Positions 1 through 13,800 of a stretch of 64,000 bases of DNA are shown one piece after another (the first letter of the stretch is position 1; each line of letters opens with the position of its first letter). The notes under the pieces were generated by a model, which was not told the DNA's origin, did not search any database, and saw only the letters and a program-made list of their open reading frames with translations. The position numbers and the translations under genes are program-made. This DNA comes from Bispira polyomma (taxonomy: Eukaryota), in assembly GCA_965649765.1 (NCBI GenBank), contig OZ287753.1:16678001-16742000 (forward strand), in the 5' to 3' direction.

Positions 1-720
1 ATGGTACCTCCTTTTATGCCCTGTATTAGGAATATGAGCCACCTGTGGTAGAGAAGCAATTGAGCATTTGACTAATGCATGATCCGATATGAAATCGCAG
101 ACTTTGACATCCACAATAGCATCCTGATCATAAGGAGATAAAATAAGGTCCAGAATGTGACCATGCAAATGGGTAACTGAGTGTTTTAGATCGCACGAAT
201 CAAGAAAGGTCGACTGTTAATGGATGACGACAAGAAACCAACAAATTACATGAATTATTCTAAAAAATTACAGGTACATGATCCTGGTGGCGATAGACGC
301 AGGCAAACAACAGTGAGCGGCCATGAAGCCCACTATTTTATGTGGTTTTGTAGGAGGATCTGATGATAAAACCAACACCACCACCAATACGTGAGGGATG
401 AGGCGTTTGAGGAAATACAAAATCAGGAGGAGTAAGAGACCGTAGAAAGCTATCCGTATCAGATAGATGGACATGGGTCTCAGTAACACAGAGGAAGTCG
501 AGGTCGTGCGATGTCACAATATCAGCAAGGAGTAGACCCTTGTTTCTTACAGATCTAGCATTTAGCACCCCGAGCATGACAGGACCAGGGACACATCACC
601 GGCGAGTAAGAGTAACAACACAAGACCTCTTCCATTAATGGTGGTTGGAAATTTACGACATGAACAAGTGTATGAAATTTTTTTTGCAACTTTAGCCAAT
701 GAGGTAGCAGATGTATGAGC
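1..720 (-). mobile_element. L2/CR1-clade LINE, degenerate 5' part of ORF2 (APE endonuclease), running off the window start
   Basis: ORF 338..577 reads VLNARSVRNK...DFLCVTETH...RIGGGVG, which are APE motifs. Downstream frameshifted pieces read RPPGS, THLHGHILDLI and ISDHALV. A LLLLLAGDVS..PGP 2A-like remnant precedes it at ~580-625. The upstream boundary is approximate. Confidence 0.85.
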
Positions 721-734
721 TACTCTGAGATGCA

Positions 735-3700
735 ACCTCGTTGCGCATCCGATTTTTGACAGACACAAATATAATCGTCAATGTAGCATGAAAGGTCAAA
801 TCCTTGCTTTCTCATGTGGTCTGCGATAATGTCCGAGCAGCGTTGAAATACGGCACTACCGTGCGCCCACACAAATGCGACTGCAGCGTCAACGTAGTAC
901 TTATTGTCGTGACATATACCAAGTTTAATAGCATCGACAGGGTCTACTCTCAAATTACGAAAAGCTCTGGCTACATCAACCTTGAACATTAGTGGGTCAG
1001 AAAATTTTAAAATGTTAGAAGTGACAGTATCTATGTTAGGAAACTTAAGGAGAAATTTTGTGTTATCATAGGTATCTCTGCTAACGTGATCATTTACTGA
1101 ATCACCCAATGGGTGAGAGAGATTTAGTATAACTCTACGTTTGTCACAGTCTTTCGGTCTGGTTAATAGGGGGGAATTGTGGTAATGTGGATCTGAAAGT
1201 ACGTCCACTGGACCTAACATGGCTAACATTAGACTTCTCTTTGTCTAGATATTGAACAATCGCATTTGAGAGCAGAGTGATGATTAGTCACCTGTTTAAC
1301 CTGTAATTGGTCTGCGTTCTCTAGGGACAATGGAAAACTGAATTTAAGGTATTGGATTACGATTTTGTCTGGGCGATCCTGCGTTATGTTTTCCCATGCC
1401 GCGATGTTTAACTGGGATTTGACAGGTATTCGTGCCTGCCTGTAATTTGGAAGTCCTGTGTCCCTTATGATATTTGCAGCGAGTGTAATGTCCTTCATAT
1501 TTTCTAGCAGAACCGAATCTCTGTCTGGCCCTACAAATTGAAATGGAGTGCTAGTAAGCTTAATGAAGCCTGTGTTCTTATCAGGGTTATCAATGTCTTT
1601 AGAAGGTAAAGTTTTTGAAGAAGAATTAACTTCCATGTCCGGGCCCACCAGCCCATCCAGGTCGTTAATGAGCGGAGCAGAAGTACAACTCACCTTGTGC
1701 ATTTTATCCCATTTATTTATGGGTTTCTGAACTTTATTACTATTAACATGTATATCATCATTTTCAATTATCTTATCTATGATATCACACATAAATTGAG
1801 AATAAGCACAACCAAGTGTTTTATGACATGCCAAGTCTTTGTTGTAGTTGTCATGAGCATTTGCTGCCCCTATTATTTCTTTGTCATTAAACTTATAGAC
1901 CCTGTTCCATTTATGACCAGTCATAATAATTCCTTGTCTTTTAGTCACCCTTAGTTGGAAACCTGGTAACTCGTCTAGACCTGTATAAATAAAATTACTG
2001 TCTGCATTGTCCCACTCCCTAACACAAAAACCTGACATGTCACGACAATTTGGAAATTCTAAATATACCAATGCTTTAGCCCTGGTGTTAATATCATGAT
2101 AATCATAGAATTCATAGTTCATTATCGAAACTATGCATTTAGTCTTAATTGTGCCTCCATACACGAACACATACTGTTTGTCACCTTGATTGACATCTGG
2201 TCTCTGAACATAACAATACCTGTGTCTATAATTAGGTCCATCTATATCAATTGAAAAATTATTGTTACCATTATTATGGTGACCCAGTTGGGTAATCTCA
2301 TTTCTGTCTAATATTTTGATTCCCCATCTCATAGAAATTTCCCTCTCTTGGGCAATTTTCTGCATGATGTTTCATCATGTCTGATTCCCCACTACCAGAC
2401 CTGTCACAGCCTTGTTCAGAGACACCAGAATCAATAGTTTTGACCTTACCAATCGAAAGCATATTTTTAGCTTTTACATTATAGTCTTTCACACTATGGC
2501 ACCCCTGAGGGGCCCTATATAATTTTTTCAAATTATTTGACCATTGACTTTCCACATTACAATTATCATTATACACAACATTATTATAACTAGTGACTGT
2601 GACTTTATCTCTAATACCCTTAAATACTCTACTCTCTCTGTTAGTTCGTTCACTTGGTCGTCGACCAACTCCCTAGCTTGGTGTCTGCTTGTCTGAAGAT
2701 CTTTTTGCAACATTCGCCTTGACACATTTAAATTCTGGGTGCGTGTTCTCCCTATTGGCTGAGCGAAAACAGTGATTACATATATGACGATACTGTCCGT
2801 GGTCGGATTCGTGGTTGCAAGTGCCATTGTTGTAAAATTTACATACATTTTTGGACTTCTGTGCTGCCTGTGGGGCTTGTGCGACATGGCTATTAATCAT
2901 AGCCAACTGTGAGGTGTTCATGCGATTTAGAGCCCACTGGGTGGAGTTCGACCAATCCAACCGACCCTCCTCGACTTCTTGCATATTCAATGCCCAACCT
3001 GACCTAACAGCGGGCCAGGGAAGAGAAGCTGAGTCTCTGAGCGTATAAATCATTTGATACATCATATTCCTCATGGTAGTGAAGTCTGAGACCTGCACTA
3101 TATTAAACAATTGCCCTGCAGCCCGCTGTGACAGTGTGAGGTCGTCGAAACTGGGTCGTTTACGAGCAGTGCCTCTGATCCAACCCTCGTTGGACCACCG
3201 GGATTTAGGGTCAGATGTAATAACATCTGTGGTATTGAAGCGGCCGGATTTTTGCCTAAGGGAGGTCTTACCTTGCGACAAGTCCGTCCTGAGCTGCACA
3301 TCTTAAGCCGCCAGCCATTGGTTCACTGTCGCGTTGACTTCAGGTAAGGTTTTTAGGACATCTGGTCGAGGGATGATGCCATCTCGCTGATAATCGTGAT
3401 GTTGTGCCGCCAGGGGGGCCCTAAGTGGCAAAGCCTGAGTGGCGTGAATGTCTGCGTGCATCTGGGCAGTGTGGTGGTTACTCGGATGGTAACCATGATG
3501 TTGTGCCGCCAGTGGGGCCGTGGGTGGCATAGCCTGAGTTGCGTGGACGTCTGCGTGCGTCTGGGCGGTGTATTGGTTACCCGGTTGAATCAAGGGAAAT
3601 CTGTCTGTAACGGGTGGCCGTAATTCTAACATGGTATTGTTAATGCCCTGCTGTGTAGGGGAGGTTAATGGGGTCGAATTACATGCCCCTTTCAGTTCAA

Positions 3701-3931
3701 CTTTGTCAGCCTCCTATTGATTTCTGAATTCGCTGATTCAAGTCGTTTAAGTATAGACATAACATCTGAAATACCATTCTCACCCTTCGCTGACTCATCC
3801 GTCGCTGTGTCTGTGTCCCTTGAGATCCTAAGTTTCCTCACAACTGGGTCTGTGCCTTTGTTTGTCCCACGTTTTGAAGTCATTTTTTTCTTAGATAATG
3901 GAACACTACCTGGTGCTTTCGTCTTCCCCAT
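735..3931 (-). mobile_element. DIRS-order (Ngaro/DIRS-like) retrotransposon 1, gag plus RT, truncated after the RT YIDD motif by the LINE
   Basis: RT in 720..1229 (SPLLTRPK..RRVILNLSHP..SVND, KVDVARAFRNLRVDP, CYIDD). Pre-RT segment in 1229..2365 (TGLPNYRQARIPVKSQLN..YLKFSFPL). Gag-like 2673..3299 with C-terminal Cys/His finger CKFYNNGTC..H..RHICNHC..HPEFKC. Gag N-terminus in 3303..3931. Stops and frameshifts are present. Homologous to the YR-bearing element at ~25850-30000. Confidence 0.85.
3394..3572. repeat. Two-copy 99-bp (33-aa) tandem duplication inside DIRS gag
   Basis: Peptides TAQTHADVHATQAMPPTAPLAAQHH and TAQMHADIHATQALPLRAPLAAQHH; nucleotide period 99. Confidence 0.85.
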
Positions 3932-4594
3932 AGTGTATATATATTAAAAACAGATAAAATCACTTGTTGTAAGACACATAAAACCTTCAATATATTCCAG
4001 TAAATAAAATTTCGTTTTTTGTTGTTGACCCTTTGAATGCTTGGTCCAATATGGCACCCAAAAGTTGGGACATAATTTCTAATGAAAGGTGGTCTAATTA
4101 GTGATTGGCTAATTGGGAAAAGTGTGAGAAGTATGTACTTGGGAACAAGAATAGTTTTTTAAAAGGGGTATTTACTAGGATGGGGAACTGATTCAGCAGG
4201 CCCTTAAAGTTGTCGTGCTCGACAAACATACAGTTACTACAAACTTGTAAATACAAAGTTCCCCTAGTTTTGTGATCCCTTTTGGGGACAAGTACCCTTT
4301 TGAAAGAACCTACAGGGAGTACCCTTGTCATGATTTTTCTTAATGGGCCTTGTGGTTGACTCAATAATGGCCGAAATTGATCACCTGCAGGGCATGAGCC
4401 CGCCTAAGTCTATCAAGTTTATGAGAATCATCCCATGACACCTTTCCCTCCTCCATTTTACAGGACAAAACCACATGACTTCCCTTAGCCGTGCTCCAAG
4501 AAAAATCATAAGCGTCCTTCATGAGGTTCGACATGTACTAATAATGAAATATAATAATATTTGAAAAACCAGCCACCCACTGGGCCATTGTTAA

Positions 4595-5202
4595 GAAATA
4601 CCAGCGAGTCGCCACCAAAACGACTCGCACCCAACAACTCGCACATACAACTCTCACCCGTTTTTAGAACTTATAACGTTTTGCCGTTCATATATGAAAT
4701 AAATGAGCACACAATTTATTTGAACTTTTGATTATTTTATTTTTATTATTCTTCTAAATTGATACATAAATATATTTATATGCAAAAATAATGAACATGC
4801 ACTGTGGTACTTTCTGTTAGAGTTAAAAATTTTAAATAATGTAATAGAAGATATAAAATCAGAATTCAGTCATTTGTCACTTTCTTCACATTCTCAATTG
4901 ACTGCATCCAGATAGGAGCCCATTCAAAGAAATTTTTTTCCTGTTGTATTTTTTTCCACAATTTCTTGATCTGAGCCTGTATTTGTCTGTATTTCTTGCA
5001 CTGCTTCCTCTTTAGCTTACCCTCGGAAACCAGATGGAAAAAAAACGTGCTTGGGACATTGATTTATTGTACAGTTTATACAGGTAAGTGGTTAATAAAA
5101 GTTATAAATGAAGTGAATATCAAAATTATATAATTTTGGGTGCGAGTTATATGTGCGAGTTGATGGGTGCGAGCCGTTTTGGTCGCGACTTGCTCGCATA
5201 CC
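4595..5202 (-). mobile_element. Non-autonomous Mutator/MULE-type DNA transposon (internal deletion derivative)
   Basis: ~60-bp imperfect TIRs (GAAATACCAGCGAGTCGCCACCAAAACG.. / ..CGTTTTGGTCGCGACTTGCTCGCATACC). Perfect 9-bp TSD CATTGTTAA at 4586-4594 and 5203-5211. Internal minus-strand peptide LVSEGKLKRKQCKKYRQIQAQIKKLW resembles animal MULE transposase C-termini. Confidence 0.8.
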
Positions 5203-7821
5203 CATTGTTAAGGTGTCATACGACAATCTAGATTTGCTATGTCCACCCAAAATAAAGTTTTGGGGCCAGGGAACCTGATTTTTTCACCCAGAGAGTGTCA
5301 CTACTCCCCTATGGGACTTGAACGTACCTGTCTCATTAATCATAACTAACTCCTTGATGCTCTATGCTCGCTGTGATTTACTTAGTGTTCCACCTTGGTT
5401 ATTCGACCACTCAAAACACGTAGTTCGTTTAATATCTAAAAGTTAATATTACACCAGAAATTTGACTTTCACTAGTCGGAGCAGAGTTAAGCACTTGTTT
5501 ATCGTCACCAAGCAGTCTAGCTGCTAATTTACAGTTGCAATCTATAGGATTCTGATAATTTGGTCCACATTTAAGGCAATCATATGTTTTTCTCAGAGCC
5601 ATTTAATATTACCTGAATAATACAAGAACACTTAAGCTTTGATACCAGTGTATGTACTGGTAGCTAATAATTTGGATGTAACAGTGTAGTAATAAAATAC
5701 ATGTACTAGTACAAAACATAAATAAGGGGGACTATTATAATTAAAGGGTATTAAATAGAACAAAGTTTACGACTGTGAAACCTAAGTTACCAAAACAATC
5801 CCAATAATTCGTTAATGGTTAATTTGTTCAGCATTTTGCATACAAGACTTGGGACTGCATACAATCCTTTTACCAAATTTCAGGAAATCATATACGCAAG
5901 ATTCAAAGTATGAGTACAAAACACCACTATGCAGTCGTGACTTTGTCTATAGTGTCTAGAACATCCGTGTGATAAATCCCATCTAAAGTTAGGTAGAACA
6001 ACATAAAAAGTTCCACAGTTTTGACGAAACTAAAATCACAGAATAAAATAATAAAGATGGCGGTGTTGCCCGTTTGACTTCAATGTTAAAAGTAATGTTC
6101 CCACAAACAAGCGGAAAAGCAAGGGTCAATTAGTACAGAGTTCGCCAATTAGCTTAGGGGTCAAGACCCCTGGAATTAGCAAATTACTGAGAGCACTGAC
6201 ATAGCTAGTCCCTGGGGTCTACCTAGCAGTCCTTCATCCTGCGTACCATCAGTAAAAATCAAACATTGACGAGGACAGAAAACTTTGTCTAGTGGATACC
6301 CTGACAAAAAAAGATCGGAACAAAAGGAACACCAGCTCATATTCAAAATATATTTCCCTTTTTCTCCACTTAGTCACCAAATTTTGACGTGTCAACTGGC
6401 ATACATCCCCTTTAAACAGGCAACTACAACTTACAAAAAAATCCCATTGCTGGTGTATGTGACTGCAGTATATTCCTAACTGTGACTAAAAATGTCAACT
6501 AAATTTAGGGCTGACATTTTTGTTTGTTTTACTCACATTTCTGCAGTATATTTCAAGTTTACTTTTGCCAAATAAAAATGTACTTTCATCCTCTAAAATC
6601 ACTCATATTTTAGTTTCTTAAATGACAATTTCCTAAATCTTTAAATAAAAAAGTACAGAGAGCATTATCTGTATACTTAACACCATGCATATATCAGCAA
6701 AGCAATGCCATACACATGGAATATAAACAAATACAGACTGGAGGACACTTAGACCAGTGGGAATCCACTAACAATAATGACTAAGTGTCCGTCCAAATTG
6801 CTATAAAGCCGAGGATATCTCTCAGGGATTACCAATTTTATGGTCATCCCTTGTTTACGAGTTTATTGTGTACACATCCATAAAACAGGATAGTTATTGC
6901 TCAGATTTAAGCCTTGGTAACCTCCCCTACCCAAAAAATGTTTTTTCAATTGTATTTTTTAATATATATTTCCCAGAACATAAATCACATTGAAACTGAT
7001 TATAGACTTTAAAGGCATTGATATTCATAGAAAAATTATCCTATTTGAAGTCAGTTGTCGTGACTGGTTACTCTATATGGGCCAATACACACATTTAGCA
7101 CTAAAAGATACAGTAATTAGCATCAGCAATGGTACCCCTCTCCCACCCATATAACTTGGTTCCATTGCATCATACCTTTTACATTAGATATATATTTATA
7201 TCAAGAATGACTAATCTGTAATAATATAAGGCTAAAGTGAAATAAACCTCTCTGCAAGTGTTTTTGTAACTTCCCTAAATTGTCCCTTTGTTTCAGGTGG
7301 AGGCCATGTTTTGATGGAGAGGGGCAGGCTAATTTTCGTCCATTATCCTCTTTTAGCTCTGATGGTTTCAGGTAATGGTTTAAATGGCTGATTTCCATGG
7401 TCAAGTCTTTGATCGGGGGTGATTACATGACACAACCCAAGTGTCATATTTTTATGATGTCATGTGATACCCCCGTGGGTTAGGAGAATATATATACAAA
7501 TAATTTCAAGTAAAAAAACAAGTGAATCAGGCTGTGGCTGAATAATTTATCAAAAAGGAACTATAAAGCAGGGATTGGCTCACTGAATTACCAAGTTTAT
7601 TATTGTGCAGATAATCTCTCAAACAGCAAGTTTAATTTCATGCTGTCCATTTTGTTGATTTCAATGAAAAACTGGTTAACTAATCAACTAGCAGTCGACA
7701 ACAACAATCTGCATAGTTAGATATAACTAAAGATATACTGACTAGATGTGTTTCTCTGTGGATATTTTGTGAATGTTAAACTGTTCAAAACCTGTATAAA
7801 TACAGGTTATTTTGTTTGGCA

Positions 7822-10800
7822 ATGGCAACCATGCAGAAGAGATATGTGATCTTGTGGACAATTTTGCTTTGTTCTGTTGTTCATTCTGAAGTGCACAAAA
7901 GTGTAGCATGTAAAGAAGAGCTTTGTACAGTACCGGCAGATATTGGTCTGGCAGAAAGGCATTATGTAGACGCAGTGACATCACAGAACGAGGAGAAGCC
8001 TTATATGTGTAAAGCAGGTAAGCTACATATTTATGATTATATTTGGGTTTTATGCAAATTTCCGACAGCTTACTTTAAATATAGTCAAGACTTTTTTGTT
8101 TTTATAGAGCACCCTAGCTATGACCAGATAAACCACCGGCCGGACATACATTTCCCCACAAAAGGAGGAGTTCCATATTCAAGTTTTAAAATCGGGTAGG
8201 TTGGGGCAAAAAAATTAATAAAATCTATTTTTAGGCAGGAAAATTATAATGTGGGGCGGTCTTCCTGATTGAACGGAATGCTGACTCCGATCTTACCTGA
8301 ACCAGGATAGGATTGAACTTACTGGTAATAGGATCTGACGTATTGCCCTGGGATCGAACGTATCATCAATAGGATCTGACATATTTAGATCTCCGACCAT
8401 AAATATCGAACGTATAAAAGTCAAAGTCGGTATGGTATATAATATAGATGACTAAATGAGATGACCTTATGAAATAAAAGAAATAATACCTGTTTAGACC
8501 TCATTTTTTATGAAAGTTTGTTGTAAATAACAGCAACTAATTTTATCGTTTGCGTACATGAACTGCACCAGAAGTGGGTTTAATGTTGCAGGTAGACCAC
8601 TTTTAAACTGATTTCCGTTATTAGGACTGACGAAATGACAAACTAGGCTTAAAATATGTGTCTATATTCTTCCCAACCTTCTAGACCACCCCGTTTTCGA
8701 CCCCGACCCATACGTTTCGACGGGCCAGCGTTAGGACAGGCCGGGAGTGATGTTAAGACCTATCAGACAGAATGTATTGCCAATAGGATCGAACTTATAC
8801 ATTTTTGAAGGTCCGGGACCAAAAGTCGGACACTTTTCCAAAAATCAAACTTTTTGGATATTCTCCCCGACCTTCCCGACCACCCCGTTTTTGGCCCTGA
8901 CCTATACGTTTTGCCAGTTTTCCTGTTATCGATCACCAAGTCAGGGGGGTTGGGTACCAAATCCTGTGGAACCCCCCTTTAAAGGAACCAGTGCTCTTTG
9001 ACTCACTGTCTTCCTATGTGCGATTTTAAGTGTTTTTGAAGTGAAATCTTTTTACCACTAGGCCACAGCGGTCCCCATATGGGAGTTGAACTTGTGAACA
9101 CTTGAAAATGGTGTGCTAATTGGCAAAGCCCACTGTTAGCAGCTAGAAGTTAGCAGCTAGCTTGGAATCCCTTCAAAAGCATCTACACCAATTTACTATG
9201 ATAAGACTAAGCATTTTGCTGGTGATAGAGTCCAGACCTTTGTCAAGGTGCCACAGTCCCCCCCAAAAAAAAATCTCCCGGATCCAACCCTTACCCTGAA
9301 TCTCCTTTTGATCTTTCCATGGCCCATGCCCCATCCCTCCACCAAATTTCATTTAAATTGCAATCTTTGTGTGTGTTTTCCAGTGACAAATCAACCAAAA
9401 GAATATAGTAAACATAAAACCTCCTTGGGAAGTGGTGTAGTGGTAATACACTAGCCTCCAACATCTACAGCAATTTTTGGCGGCCCTGGCGGGCCTGGCA
9501 TGTATGTTGGAAAGTTGGCAGTAGAAGTGCCGAAGACCGTTGGTTTGCAGAGCAGAAAGTTCTCTGCCAGTTAACTACCCATTGTGATATGCCACAACAC
9601 ATATTCAGGGCACCGTTGGCCCCCTCCACCCCACCCAACAAAAACTAAATGTCATTTGTTTTCAAAAATTCAGACCTCTGCTATGAAGAAAAAACCTATC
9701 ATAGAGAAAAAGGTGACATGGTGTGGCCAGAGACAACCCTAGGTCAGAGGGTATACCACCTGTGTCCTTACTCCATGAATGGTCAGGAGTATGCCTGGAG
9801 AGAGTGCCTATATGATAGGCAAGGAATCACTGTCTGGGATGGCCATGGTAATGTCACCCAGTGTCCAGGACCACCCTTGGAGCAGATACTGGACCATCTG
9901 GATCAGACATTAGATCTGCAGGTTGGTGCAGAATCGCATGTACACATGAAAAGTAGTTCTCCCTACTATCACGGCATGTCATAGCAGAAAATACAATTTG
10001 GCAGAATATGAAATTCTGGGGTAATAAGCCAACAGAAACGAGAATTATATAGAAAAAACCCACATAGATTGAAAAATGTGAACTACTGACTATACACTAA
10101 CAAACACATAGAGCTAAAAACTGAAGTGTTGTGATAGTGTGTGAAACTTTGCTTACACACATAGCAATAAATGTTATTTACCAATGACAAATGACTATGC
10201 AAAAAAATTGTATCTCAATAAAGTTGATATTATAACAAGATGTATATATTTTAATTAACTGCAAAGCAATCGCAAAATTCTTTAACATATTATTTTATTT
10301 ATACAGAGTATATTTATTTTGTGTAATATTAAATATAATGGTAAAAAGTTTAAAGAAACCCCAAAAACTCCACAAACTTTAGAATTATATGACAGGTTGA
10401 TAAATAAATAATCACTTTGTACACACATTTTGTACATTAATGGTATTAATTTCCACGATTATAAATAGCCATTTTTGTCTGTCACACAGATCCAATAAAT
10501 CCTGGATGCTGCTTATATTTATATATTTTTCAGTATGTATTGTTCACTGATACACTAAATTGATTAGGACACATACTTTAACGTGTCCTTATTCAAGAGG
10601 AATAAAGGGTGTCAAAGTAAAAACAAAAAAACATAATCCCAAAACTACAAAAATAATAGCTTTCAGAAAATAACTTGAAATTTAAGAAAAACAAACAAAC
10701 AAACAAACAAGTGATATTTTATAACATAAATAAGATTAAAGGATAGCTGTGTGAGTACATTGGACTATTGTTTATTATTATTATTATTATAGATTTTTAA

Positions 10801-13800
10801 CACTCTTTATTGATGCTAGGCATCTTCTAAAGCGCAGAACATCCCTACCTTTTATTTCCCATTGAATTAGGTATGTGCAAACTTTATTTCTAATTATTTT
10901 ATTGTCTAAAGTAGTTTGTTTCTAAAAAAAGTCCCAAATTTTCGTCTATTTTTTTTACAGGAAAACCAAACCTCTAATTTCACTGACCTTTGGGAGGCTC
11001 TGGCAAGTATCGATCACGTGATCACTGTATACAAAGACACACCCATCTCGGATGAAGACATAGTCAGAGCAGTTGATTTCATATATGGCATCTATGACGT
11101 TCATATGTTCAGTGGAACTGCACTGCCTTTAGAATCCCTGGACAGTACCCTGAGGGTCCTGAATACATTTATGGACGAAAACTTACTTGGTTTATTGGAC
11201 AATGTGTATATAGACGGTGTGAAGTCAGTCAGGTATGGAATTGAAGTACACACACACACACGAGTTTCAGTAATATGGGTTATTGATTTAGACATTACAA
11301 ATTGACATTATAGTTTGTCAATATTACAAGTAAAGGACATTACCAAAATGACATTGTAGTTGTCGTTATTAGAAATAACGTGTATTAAAATATGAGTATT
11401 CAATTGGGAACGGGGGGGGGGGGGGTGTAGCTACACATTTTACCAAACTCTGTATATATATATATTAACGTAGTTGTTTTAGGCTTAGTTCGAAATACAA
11501 CCAGATTGAAGAGATTATATCACATTTTGTATAAAAAGCTTTTCAATACAACAGCATTACTTTTGCAAATTTACCAGCTAGAAATAATATACAAATCTAT
11601 CAGACTGTAATTCGAATTTGTTTGTGTATTGTGTTATAAATCACTTCTATCTTCAATTATGGAAGAAAATAATTACATGTGCTAAAAGAGCATATTCCTG
11701 ATACTTGATCAGAACCAAAGCTACTAATGATATCTAAGTTGCAAAACAAGCTAGTGTGCTATGCTATGCTGGTGTGCCATGCTATGCTGTGCTATTATTC
11801 TTTACTTACACCGTATCTCCCTCACAATATGTGACTCAAAACGCTATTGGTTATTTCTACTATTTAGAAGTCCTACAGCAAGTAAAATGTAAATGTAACT
11901 GTGATGCATTTATGTAACGCTTTCACTTGGAAGCTCAAAGCGTTGTACATAGTTTACACCCCAAGCTAGGGTTATTTACCCAATTGTTTACTCTCACTAA
12001 GGGAGCATATTAGCCATACTGCCACATACGACCCAGAAACTAACAACCGTCAGCCAGGTACCCATTTATACATCTGGGTGAAGAAGGATAAGTTTGTGTG
12101 AAGTACCTTATCCAAGGGTAAAATCTCTAGGTCTGCAAAGAGGATCGAACCTGGGACCTCTCGGGACCCTATGATTCAAAGTTGAACACTCTAACCGCTA
12201 GACCACGGATACCACATAAGCATAAAACATAAGCAACAGTCTTCAGGAAATAGGGTGGTACCGTGTAGTTAACTGAAAGTGTGAATGATGCTGTTAGTTG
12301 TATTTATTTACTTTTTAGGTTACTCAATATGTTCCAAGACATCCCACAGAGAGTACACACAGGGGAGGACATGTTCTATAGCTATGACGGGGCAAACATC
12401 AAGGTAAATAGTTTACTCTAGTTTGGGTTTAACATCACTTTTAACAAGTTTGTGTCAAACAGACAGCAAGCAGTTCAGTGGTGGTAAAACTCAGAACGGT
12501 GCAGTTGGCCTTGTAGTTGGTTTTCTGCTGAGTTAATCACCAGCCAATTCTACCACCAACTGCTCCAAATAAATGCTAGGGCTATGGGGATTTACTGAAA
12601 GGAACAATTTGCCAGAATAAGGTATTTTCAATTGTTGGAGTCAACCTTGATGAAAAATAAATCACTCTGTATAAGTAAAAGAAGGAACACTGCACATGCC
12701 CTTGACATCATATGATAGTCACGTGATGGATAATACAAACTTGGGTTTTCCTAAATAGGAACGGTAAATGGCTAATAACCATTATTAACGGAATAACTTG
12801 GAACATTTACAGCAAATGAAGTTTGTAAGTATGCCGTTACATATTTACTATAATTTAGTATAGTAAAAACTCTGTCGCCAACTGCCGCACATCAGTAAAA
12901 ACATGACTGTTTCGGTCACAGACAACTCGGTCTAGTAGTAGACTTACTGATGACAGTCAATTAAAGTACAGAAACATTAGACAGTCATCCGGTACTGGTT
13001 TTTTCCATTGGTCATTGTAATATTATATCACGGTGTTGAAAGCGATATTAAACACTAACTAAAAAAATATATCAATTTAAAGGTCATTGTAGTTATTTAT
13101 GACATGATGATTATCTTTGTTGTGTGCCTTATAACCACCATTGTTAACTTGACTTCTCTTATCCATACACTTTCGTGGAGATCCATATCCTGTTTACTGT
13201 TATGGCTCATGTACACGTTTTATCTATTATAAGTATTTATCACAAAACTACTTTCTTCTTAGCAGCAGTAATTGTACATTTGTTTTAAATGTATACATAT
13301 GTGTTTATTACTTTACAGGCCTATATCATGGTATCAGATGTCAATAGCAATGTTCTGGAGTTTCCACAACAAATGTTTCCGGGGTTTAATATTGTCATTG
13401 GACAAAATATCTCCAGCATGGTGTCACCAAATACTGACATATTTATTCGCGATATTCCCTTTTCTTCAGGTAATAAGGTATTTGTCTCAAACAAAAAATT
13501 ATTTTTGCGTTAATCTAGATTTTGTTACCTTTATAGTCAACATTAGCCAAGTTTTTTGCCTTATTTCGTATTTATTGTAAATACTTCTTTAATGAGTTTT
13601 GCAACAGTCCATAAGCTTATAAGTAATCGACAAACCCTTCAGTTCAAGTTTGCACAAAATATAGAATGTTGCAAAACACACACCCACTAAATTGTTGTGT
13701 GGTCTTTGAATTGATTTGCACATTCCGCAAACACACATTTTGATAAATGCTGCCTTATTTTAAATGTATGTTGACTCATCAACTAGCCTGCCAAGCCTTT

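Noticed and set aside
6054-6063. AAGATGGCGG YY1-like promoter motif upstream of gene A
   Set aside because: A single 10-mer with no other promoter support; the surrounding sequence looks repeat-derived.
8160-8980. CpG-richer segment with AATAGGATC(T/G)(G/A)AC repeats and possible AAAGG..GTTCCA termini
   Set aside because: Probably a non-autonomous DNA transposon, but the TIR is short and imperfect and no TSD is clear, so it was not called.
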